The notes under the pieces are model-generated. The model did no database searches. It saw only the letters and a list, made by a program, of their open reading frames with translations, and was not told the origin of the DNA. 40,912 bases of DNA, taken from the NCBI RefSeq assembly GCF_001194135.2, contig NC_068996.1, positions 43,852,479-43,893,390 on the forward strand, in the 5' to 3' direction. The translations under genes were made by a program, and so were the position numbers. Numbering within the stretch: the first letter of the stretch is position 1; every line of letters begins with the position of its first letter. The DNA comes from Octopus bimaculoides. Its lineage: Eukaryota. Shown piece by piece: positions 11,041 through 20,710 of this stretch.

Positions 11041-13269
11041 ACACACACACGCACACACACACACACACACATATACTCTACTCTTTTACTCTTTTATTTC
11101 TTTCAGTCATTTGACTGTGGCCATGCTGGAGCAGTACCTTTAGTTGAGCAAATCAATCNNNNNNNNNNNNNNNNNNNNNNNNNNNNNNNNNNNNNNNNNN
11201 NNNNNNNNNNNNNNNNNNNNNNNNNNNNNNNNNNNNNNNNNNNNNNNNNNNNNNNNNNNNNNNNNNNNNNNNNNNNNNNNNNNNNNNNNNNNNNNNNNNN
11301 NNNNNNNNNNNNNNNNNNNNNNNNNNNNNNNNNNNNNNNNNNNNNNNNNNNNNNNNNNNNNNNNNNNNNNNNNNNNNNNNNNNNNNNNNNNNNNNNNNNN
11401 NNNNNNNNNNNNNNNNNNNNNNNNNNNNNNNNNNNNNNNNNNNNNNNNNNNNNNNNNNNNNNNNNNNNNNNNNNNNNNNNNNNNNNNNNNNNNNNNNNNN
11501 NNNNNNNNNNNNNNNNNNNNNNNNNNNNNNNNNNNNNNNNNNNNNNNNNNNNNNNNNNNNNNNNNNNNNNNNNNNNNNNNNNNNNNNNNNNNNNNNNNNN
11601 NNNNNNNNNNNNNNNNNNNNNNNNNNNNNNNNNNNNNNNNNNNNNNNNNNNNNNNNNNNNNNNNNNNNNNNNNNNNNNNNNNNNNNNNNNNNNNNNNNNN
11701 NNNNNNNNNNNNNNNNNNNNNNNNNNNNNNNNNNNTGTTCACAGTGAATTTTGAAGTTTTGGCCAAAGATGACTTAGCTGGCCAAAACCTTGAAGTCACT
11801 ATCAACAACATTCTTGTTTAAGGAGAATAAATTTGTACTCTACAGAAGTATAGAGTAATCTATCAGATTAATGTAAAATTGGTTTCATTCGAACTGATTA
11901 TAAAAACAACCATTAATATATATATATACATTTACATACACACACATACACATATACATCAAGCCTAATTTTGTTTTTCTGCACTATCTCTTTCACTCTG
12001 TGTGTGTGTATGTGTCTTGGAAAGCCTAGTTTTGATTAAAATGAGGATGTAAAGATATTCTTTCTATGCTTCTGATGTGCAGGTCTTTTGATGGTAATTT
12101 ATTTTATTAATGTTTATTGTTTACCTTGAGCGTTTTCTCATGACATATCTGTTATATGAATATACGTAGTTTGAGTTTACACATTCAAATGAATGACTCA
12201 GTACTTCAAATATAGAATTAATATATTTTCCCCTTTATTTCAGAATCTGAGAGTTTTACACAAACTTACCCTTTTGATACTAACCCTTTTTTTAGACTAC
12301 CCCCACTCACCAGTTCTACAATATAAATTCCCTTGTTTTAAAGGGATCTAAATCAAAACATTCCATCAAACTTCCATGTTAATTTATGTCCCAAAAACAA
12401 GCTTAATTCTGACATTTATTTTATTAAATACTTTATCTTCAAAATTAATTGAAATAAAGACAAATTATTTTAACAACAGTATAGTAACAAAATGGTTGTG
12501 TTGCTACTGTGGATTTGTGTATGCATTTGTGTGTGTATAAATCTATATACATCTATATTGTATTTATATTTAATACATACATACATACATACATGCATAC
12601 ATATATACATACATACATCCATATATACATACATATATAACAAGTTAAAAATAACGGTCATTACATATTTTTCCTTTACTGGAGCACATTACATAGGGAT
12701 ATCGTTTATATATACATATATATATATATAATATATCTCTATAATATACATAAACATGTGTGTGTATGTAAATATATGTATGTGTGTATGTATGCATGCA
12801 TGTAAGTATGTATATACATGTATATAAAATAAACAAACTAACATTTGTTTTTTATAAGCATCAGAATGTGTATTGTATGATACAAATAAGATGATATTTT
12901 TTTAAATGCAGAATTGTGCGTGTATAAATCTATATACATACATATTGAAATTATATTGTATTGGGGATTGTGAGTTTGAATTCTATGGTTGTTTGTTAAG
13001 CATTTCCAGTTTATAAGGGTAATTTACCCAGTATTTCTGCTGTTTTAACAGCAATTCTATGTTTGGTAAAACTATCAACTTCTTATTTGTATTGTACAAT
13101 ACACATTCCAATTTTTATAAAACACAAATGTTAGTTTGTTTATATTTATATACATGTAGCTGTTCAATTATCTATTTAATGTCTAAATTTATGGATGAAT
13201 TTGTCAGAGGGCAGTTTAGCTTAATGATAAAGCACTCAGCTGGAGTTTCTGTGTTCAGAAAAAATATTA

Positions 13270-13306
<37 letters not shown>

Positions 13307-13458
13307 TATATGTATGTATATCTATCTAAACATCTATTTATATATATATGTATATAGATATATACACACACATATAAATATTTATATAGAATGTACATAT
13401 GGGTACATATTAATTATTTCATATAAATGGTAAATGTCATTGGTGCTGTTTCTTGCAG

Positions 13459-13574
13459 GATGTGATGCGACGTTTGGTCAGTCGGTACATTCACCAGACC
13501 AAAAAGCAATTACGTCAAGATGGTGTCAATGAAGATGATTTGTTGGAGATAAAACAAGACATATCCAGTTTAAG
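13459..13574 (+). CDS. TRPC: TRPC channel exon, C-terminal helix and start of the coiled coil ([39 protein letters not shown])
   Basis: Acceptor TTTCTTGCAG at 13449-13458. The peptide matches the TRPC signature (TRPC3/6/7 type: IMKRLIKRY...[21 protein letters not shown]). It ends in phase 2 at AG|GCAAGT, which joins 18896 to give SSLRYELRED. Confidence 0.92.
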
Positions 13575-13924
13575 GCAAGTATATACAATTACAAAAGATA
13601 ACAGGTATTGGTGGGGGGGGGATTTTACTTACTATGTGTCTATGTTATTTGTTATTGTTGTTGTTCATAACTAAAATTAACATCAATCAAGGAAACCACT
13701 CTTCAAAGGTTTATTTCCATCAGCAATCATGTCCTGCTTCAGACAAAATTCATCAAGAATTTATGTTACCTTGTCACACACTTTGTCTCACTAATTCTGC
13801 TTTAAGATTATTCTAAGGGTACATGTGTCTGAGATATCAAAGTCATTTGGACTAAAATCTAATGAATAGACAACTCTGCTGATTGAACAACTCATCTACT
13901 TACATATATATAAATATATATATA

Positions 13925-14165
13925 GATTCAAGGTGAATATGGTACTTAAGTTTAGGCACCAGAATTAAGTATGGTATTATCCAAACAATTCCAAAATAAG
14001 GTGATTAAAATCAAAATAAGCAACAAGGATATCCAAAGTTAATGCAGTACGATCGTTTCAAGCAACTCCATTTAATCAAGCAATGTGAACATTACATTAA
14101 ATGTAAAATGCAGAGCAATCTTCAGCTGCGCAAAGATACAGAAAATTTACTGAAATTTCATTTCA
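13925..14165 (-). mobile_element. Short repeat, probably Penelope-derived, carrying a second hammerhead-like motif
   Basis: Follows a (TA)-rich tract and contains CTGAAGA...GAAACGATCGTA on the minus strand. Boundaries are approximate and there is no second copy in the window. Confidence 0.4.
14043..14131 (-). ncRNA. Candidate type I hammerhead ribozyme with palindromic stem III
   Basis: GCAG-CUGAAGA-(59 nt)-GAAA-CGAUCG-UA-CUGC: canonical core, 4-bp stem I, perfect 8-nt palindrome ACGAUCGU and GUA triplet. Stem II pairing is weak. Confidence 0.5.
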
Positions 14166-14186
14166 GTAGAAGGACATATTATTGTA

Positions 14187-14247
14187 ACTACATTTAAACA
14201 CTCCAAGTTGGGAAGGAAGAATACAACTTGGAGTGTTTAAATGTAGT
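14187..14247. repeat. Perfect inverted repeat, 24-bp stem and 13-nt loop, ending at a gap
   Basis: ACTACATTTAAACACTCCAAGTTG / CAACTTGGAGTGTTTAAATGTAGT. Confidence 0.9.
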
Positions 14248-14412
14248 NNNNNNNNNNNNNNNNNNNNNNNNNNNNNNNNNNNNNNNNNNNNNNNNNNNNN
14301 NNNNNNNNNNNNNNNNNNNNNNNNNNNNNNNNNNNNNNNNNNNNNNNNNNNNNNNNNNNNNNNNNNNNNNNNNNNNNNNNNNNNNNNNNNNNNNNNNNNN
14401 NNNNNNNNNNNN

Positions 14413-14469
<57 letters not shown>

Positions 14470-14747
14470 TATATATAGACACACATATATATATATATCA
14501 TCAACATCATCATCACCATCATTATCATCACCATCATCATGATTGTTTAGCGTTCACATTCCATGCTAGTTTGGGTGGGGTGGTTTGACAGGAGTAGGAG
14601 CTGACCAGGCAGAAGATTGCACCAGTTCAGGTGAGGTCAGTTTTGGCATGGTTCTTGCAGCTAGATGCCTTTCCAAATGTCATATATAAACAAAATGGGA
14701 AAAGAGAAATTTCATTTTTGTGGGTTATCATTTATTCTCCATTACAG

Positions 14748-14820
14748 ATTTTTTAAGAGGAATCACAAAGATTTACATATCAATCTAACATGTAAATCTT
14801 TGTGATTCCTACTAGAAAAT
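14748..14820. repeat. Hairpin: perfect 21-bp stem, 11-nt loop, 2x2 internal loop and 8-bp basal stem
   Basis: AGGAATCACAAAGATTTACAT (14758-14778) / ATGTAAATCTTTGTGATTCCT (14790-14810); basal pairing 14748-14755 with 14813-14820, including one G-U pair. Confidence 0.9.
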
Positions 14821-15060
14821 GAAACACGTAAAATAGAGAATAAATAATACCAAAAAATTTCCATTTTCCCATTTTACTTATTCAACAACTCTCCAAATAA
14901 TATTTCCCAAATCTTCAATTTTAATGTGTTTTGATTTATATACAACAGAATTAATGGATACATATTGATGGTAATAATTGAATAAGTCGATGAGCTTTGT
15001 GAGGAAACAGCTGGGGCTTACCCTAAACATCAATAATACACATACATATACATTTATATA

Positions 15061-15222
15061 GGCACAGGCATGGCTGTGTGGTAAGAAGCTTCATTCCCAA
15101 ACGCATGGTTCTGGGTTCAGTCCTATTGTGTGGCACCTTGGGCAAGTGTCTGTTACTATAGCCTTGGGCCCACCAAGCCTTGTGAGTGGATTTGGTAGAC
15201 AGAAACTGAAAGATGCCCGTCA
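15061..15222 (+). mobile_element. tRNA-derived SINE, family A
   Basis: A-box-like TGGCTGTGTGG, B-box-like GGTTCAGTCC, core GCACCTTGGGCAAGTGTC, tail GTGAGTGGATTTGGTAGAC followed by (TA)n. Confidence 0.85.
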
Positions 15223-15224
15223 TG

Positions 15225-15275
<51 letters not shown>

Positions 15276-16464
15276 ACATATATTTATGTGTGTGTGTCTT
15301 TCTCTCTGTGTTTGTCCCCCCACCATCACTTGACGTTTCCCCAAAACTTCGCAGTTCAGCATANNNNNNNNNNNNNNNNNNNNNNNNNNNNNNNNNNNNN
15401 NNNNNNNNNNNNNNNNNNNNNNNNNNNNNNNNNNNNNNNNNNNNNNNNNNNNNNNNNNNNNNNNNNNNNNNNNNNNNNNNNNNNNNNNNNNNNNNNNNNN
15501 NNNNNNNNNNNNNNNNNNNNNNNNNNNNNNNNNNNNNNNNNNNNNNNNNNNNNNNNNNNNNNNNNNNNNNNNNNNNNNNNNNNNNNNNNNNNNNNNNNNN
15601 NNNNNNNNNNNNNNNNNNNNNNNNNNNNNNNNNNNNNNNNNNNNNNNNNNNNNNNNNNNNNNNNNNNNNNNNNNNNNNNNNNNNNNNNNNNNNNNNNNNN
15701 NNNNNNNNNNNNNNNNNNNNNNNNNNNNNNNNNNNNNNNNNNNNNNNNNNNNNNNNNNNNNNNNNNNNNNNNNNNNNNNNNNNNNNNNNNNNNNNNNNNN
15801 NNNNNNNNNNNNNNNNNNNNNNNNNNNNNNNNNNNNNNNNNNNNNNNNNNNNNNNNNNNNNNNNNNNNNNNNNNNNNNNNNNNNNNNNNNNNNNNNNNNN
15901 NNNNNNNNNNNNNNNNNNNNNNNNNNNNNNNNNNNNNNNNNNNNNNNNNNNNNNNNNNNNNNNNNNNNNNNNNATGTACGTACATATGTACGTATGTATG
16001 TATGTATGTATGTGCGTATGTATATATGTATGTGCGTATGTATGTATGTATGTGTGATATGTAAGTATGTGCGCATACATGTGTACATGGCTATGCATGC
16101 ATGGGCATGTATACATATGCATGTGCACATACATACACACATACATACATACGTACATACATACATACATACATATAAACATACATGCATATACACATAC
16201 ATACAATCATACATACATACATACATACATATATATCATGAACTAACTGTTACTTTCTCAGATGCAGTACGGAATTCTGTCAGTGAACAGGTCACGGTCT
16301 CAAAACGACGGAAATATTTTGGCAAATTAAATTTAAATGTTGAAGTGAATCTAACGGTTTTTGTGTGTTTCTTAAATGGCTTATAAACACTTTCCATGCT
16401 GGAATTGTTTTCGTTTCAGCACACAATCTCAGATCAGGTCACTTGCTATGCAAGTACATCTCCG

Positions 16465-16506
<42 letters not shown>

Positions 16507-16758
16507 GTGCATTCATTCACATCATGCAGCAAGATGGCGGAATCATTAACATGCTGGACAAAAAGCTTACCATTATTTCATTTGTCCATACATTCTAAGT
16601 ACAAATTTTACTAAGGTTGACTTTGCCTTTCATCCTTTCAAGTCGATACAATAAAGTACTTGTATGTATATATAATATATATGCACATAATTATAGATTT
16701 CTATATATATATATACATATGTTATAATGGAATAATTACTTTGGAGCATTGTGTAGAA

Positions 16759-17093
16759 TATATTGTATTAAGAATCGTGAGTAAGACCAAAACAATGTGA
16801 AATAAATACAAGGTAAATCACAAGAAAACAAATATGTGAATTAATATAGACTTACTTTGTATTCAATATTTCGGGGTTATAAACCCATTTTCAAGAAATT
16901 AACGAATGTTGCCAATGTGTGTGTGTGTCACGCACATAAGCAACATTTGTCAATTTCTTGAAAATGGGGTCATAACCCCGAAATATTGAATACAAGGTAA
17001 GTCTACATCAATTCACATATTTGTTTTCGTGTGACTTACATTGCATTTACTTCGCATTGTTTTGGCCTCACCCACGATCTTTTACACAATATA
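16759..17093. mobile_element. Palindromic MITE-like fold-back element (335 bp), with TA at both ends
   Basis: Arms pair throughout, e.g. GTATTCAATATTTCGGGGTTAT / ATAACCCCGAAATATTGAATAC; the centre is a GT/CA-rich loop near 16915-16940. Confidence 0.85.
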
Positions 17094-17333
17094 CATGTGT
17101 GTGTGTGGGTGGGATGTTTTACTGTCTGCTTACCTTAATAGCATGCAATAGTTCTAAGCAAGTTGTACAGTCTTGCAAATGGTGTCCTTGTTCCCAATCT
17201 TCCATGAAAACATGTCGTCTGAGTATGGTGAAATATTACTTTACTTGGAAACAGATGAAGGGCATTAAGCCATACAAAATCTTTCTGGTCCATGTAAGCA
17301 TAGAAAGCATAGAAAGTTTCATCCGTCTGTCTG

Positions 17334-17486
17334 TGGCTGTGTGGTAAGAAGCTTACTTCCCAACCACATGGTTCCGGGTTCAGTCCCACTGCGTGGCACC
17401 TTGGGCAAGTGTCTTCTACTCTAGCCTCGGGCCGACCAAAGCCTTGTGAGTGGATTTGGTAGATGGAAACTGAAAGAGGCCCATCA
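17334..17486 (+). mobile_element. tRNA-derived SINE, family A
   Basis: TGGCTGTGTGGTAAGAAGC...GGTTCAGTCCCACTGCGTGGCACCTTGGGCAAGTGTC...GAGTGGATTTGGTAG; homologous to 15061-15222. Confidence 0.88.
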
Positions 17487-18324
17487 TATATATGTATATA
17501 TATTTACATGAAGTTAAATATATGTCCAGTCAACGAGTCACCAGAGTGTGTTTCTTTTTCGGATACATGACCCGCAGGCAATATATGTCTTTGTGTGTGC
17601 GTGTGTGTGTGTGTGNNNNNNNNNNNNNNNNNNNNNNNNNNNNNNNNNNNNNNNNNNNNNNNNNNNNNNNNNNNNNNNNNNNNNNNNNNNNNNNNNNNNN
17701 NNNNNNNNNNNNNNNNNNNNNNNNNNNNNNNNNNNNNNNNNNNNNNNNNNNNNNNNNNNNNNNNNNNNNNNNNNNNNNNNNNNNNNNNNNNNNNNNNNNN
17801 NNNNNNNNNNNNNNNNNNNNNNNNNNNNNNNNNNNNNNNNNNNNNNNNNNNNNNNNNNNNNNNNNNNNNNNNNNNNNNNNNNNNNNNNNNNNNNNNNNNN
17901 NNNNNNNNNNNNNNNNNNNNNNNNNNNNNNNNNNNNNNNNNNNNNNNNNNNNNNNNNNNNNNNNNNNNNNNNNNNNNNNNNNNNNNNNNNNNNNNNNNNN
18001 NNNNNNNNNNNNNNNNNNNNNNNNNNNNNNNNNNNNNNNNNNNNNNNNNNNNNNNNNNNNNNNNNNNNNNNNNNNNNNNNNNNNNNNNNNNNNNNNNNNN
18101 NNNNNNNNNNNNNNNNNNNNNNNNNNNNNNNNNNNNNNNNNNNNNNNNNNNNNNNNNNNNNNNNNNNNNNNNNNNNNNNNNNNNNNNNNNNNNNNNNNNN
18201 NNNNNNNNNNNNNNNNNNNNNNNNNNNNNNNNNNNNNNNNNNNNNNNNNNNNNNNNNNNNNNNNNNNNNNNNNNNNNNNNNNNNNNNNNNNNNNNNNNNN
18301 NNNNNNNNNNNNNNNNNNNNNNNN

Positions 18325-18432
18325 GGACAATTACCCCTGAGGACAACAGGTGATGATTTAAAACTTTTCAATATATTGGAGAGGCGGTAATTAACCAAGG
18401 GGGGTAATTATCCTAAGGGGATAATTGTCCTG
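18325..18432. mobile_element. Visible end of a small element with inverted GGACAATTACCCC / GGGGATAATTGTCC sub-repeats
   Basis: GGACAATTACCCCTGAGGA is near-complementary to TCCTAAGGGGATAATTGTCC. The left side disappears into a gap. Confidence 0.45.
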
Positions 18433-18562
18433 ATATGATATATGTATATATATTTACATGAAGTTAAATATATGTCCAGTCAACGAGTCACCAGAGTGTG
18501 TTTCTTTTTCGGATACATGACCCGCAGGCAATATATGTCTTTGTGTGTGCGTGTGTGTGTGT

Positions 18563-18597
<35 letters not shown>

Positions 18598-18639
18598 CAT
18601 GTGTGTGTGTGTGTGGTGTGTGTGTGTATTATGCAACAT

Positions 18640-18796
18640 GCTTCCTTCAGATTCCTTTTACCAAATCCACTCACAAGGCTTTGGTCAGCCCAAGGCCTTA
18701 GTAGAACACACTTATCCAATGTGCCATGCAATGGGACTGAACCCAAAATTATGCAGTTGACAAGCAAACTTCTTATCATACAGCCACGCCTGCACC
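18640..18796 (-). mobile_element. tRNA-derived SINE, family A, inverted relative to 15061 and 17334
   Basis: ACCAAATCCACTCACAAGGCTTTGGTC...GGGACTGAACCC...CTTCTTATCATACAGCCACGCC is the reverse complement of family A. Confidence 0.85.
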
Positions 18797-18895
18797 AAAA
18801 ACAATGGAATTTAAACAATGATAGTGAAGATAAATGTGTGTGTGTGTATGAATGTATGTATGTGCTTATTTCAACTTCTCAGTTTATTTTTACAG

Positions 18896-19334
18896 GTATG
18901 AACTACGAGAAGACCGCAAAAGAGAAGCTGCTCGCGCAAGTGGACACATTGACAGTTTAAAAAGAGACATAATCCATTCACTGCGTGGCTCTTCCCCAAA
19001 TTCAAGTCCTTTACGTAGTTCAAGCATTGACAAAGGGCAACAGCTTCAGCAATATCATGTACCGCAAACTCAACAGCAGCAAACGCATGCACAGCAACAA
19101 CAACAGCAATCACAGCAACAGCAGCAACAATCAAGCTCGTTGTCACTGTTGACTCAACAGGACTTGGAGAGTTTGAAACGGGGAATTGTAAGCAGCATTA
19201 AAAATGAAATGCGTGAGGTGATAGCAGAAGCGATTCAGCAATCCACCGCCAACCTCAATAACAACACCCCACCCTTGGTTCTACCCTCGATAAACTCAGA
19301 ATTATACCACACACACTTATACACACAATTATGA
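18896..19334 (+). CDS. TRPC: Terminal coding exon of the TRPC channel (R-YELREDRKRE...polyQ...HLYTQL*)
   Basis: Acceptor TTTATTTTTACAG at 18883-18895. Phase-2 joining completes SSLR-YELRE. Open frame to TGA at 19332-19334, with higher GC than the flanks. Confidence 0.9.
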
Positions 19335-19355
19335 TTAGGGATAAGGATTAAGAAT

Positions 19356-19361
19356 AATAAA
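19356..19361 (+). promoter_or_regulatory. Possible proximal polyadenylation signal AATAAA
   Basis: AATAAA 22 nt after the stop, followed by a U-rich tract. The hexamer is common in AT-rich DNA, so support is weak. Confidence 0.25.
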
Positions 19362-19691
19362 AGTTTGTTTTTTTTGGGGGGGGGGTTTCCCTTTAACAAG
19401 AAAAAAGGCATAAAATTTTTACAGTCTTTGATTTAGTATGTTCTTGTATTGTTTTCCAATATTAATTTAATTTTTTTTTTATATATATATTTTGGTGAGA
19501 TAGGAGTCAAAGACATGTCAATAAACTAATAAGCGGATCCCAAAATATTGGGTGTCATTCTCAGGTTAAGGATATTTAGAAAAAATTGCTCACTTAATAT
19601 CGCTTTATCTTTTTATTCATAAATTTAATTTTCCACATTTACAAGGACAACACACACATATCTTCACACACTCTCACACACATATGCTCAT

Positions 19692-19693
<2 letters not shown>

Positions 19694-19776
<83 letters not shown>

Positions 19777-19800
19777 TACATACATACGCACACACATACA
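19694..19800. repeat. (CA)n microsatellite grading into (CATA)n
   Basis: Direct reading. Confidence 0.95.
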
Positions 19801-20261
19801 CATATCTTAAGTATGTGCACATATCTTTAACATAGAATAGAAACACATTTACACAGAAATTTGAAACGCAAAAGGTAATATCTTCTTTCTAACTAAATTT
19901 TCAATTTTATATTTCATATATTCTGCAGTTTACATTTCCCTTTACAAAAACTATCCAACAGTCCAAAGTAAGATTTTTAATTTTCAGTTTTTTTTTAAAG
20001 GGGTTTTATTTGCGGGTGGGGGCCGTAGGAGGGTGACGAGTAGGGTTTCTAATGCAAATTAAAATAAATTAAATCACATTTTCATTGATCATAATGAATA
20101 ACAACTAAAATAACACTTTGGGAAGTAATATATCCTAATGAAACGGGACAATTAATGGAACAAAAACAAAAAAATTCATAATATTTTGATAATCTTAATA
20201 CCATCCAAATCAAAATTATTTGTCTTGGTTTCAAAGATACAAAAAATATTAAGAAATTTCT

Positions 20262-20710
20262 ATGCACACACACACACGCACATGCATACACACACACACA
20301 TATACACACACATACATACATACATGCGCATGCACACACACATGCACATACATAAACACACACATGCACACATACATACACACACATGCGGGCATGCACA
20401 CACACAAACACATACATAAATACATGCACACATACATACACACATGCGCATGCACACACACATGCACATACACATATATACACTCATGCACACATACATG
20501 CATACATGCATACATAAACACACGCATGCACACACATATACACACATATATATGCACACATACATACACACATGCACATGCACACACACATGCACATACA
20601 CATATATACACTCATGCACACACACACATACATACATGCATACATAAACACACACATGCATGCATGCACACACACACACACATACATACATGCACACATG
20701 AACACACATA
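20262..20710. repeat. Compound CA/TA/CATG alternating purine-pyrimidine repeat with higher-order duplicated blocks
   Basis: The block CATGCACATACACATATATACACTCATGCACAC occurs twice, about 128 bp apart. Confidence 0.85.

Noticed and set aside
11736-11821. Short open frame FTVNFEVLAKDDLAGQNLEVTINNILV after a gap
   Set aside because: No recognisable homology or splice context; the start is hidden in N.
974-18398. Long ORFs in the track (e.g. 428 aa at 974, 356 aa at 15156, 287 aa at 10891)
   Set aside because: They are mostly X from N gaps plus YI/HT/CV dipeptide runs from microsatellites, not genes.
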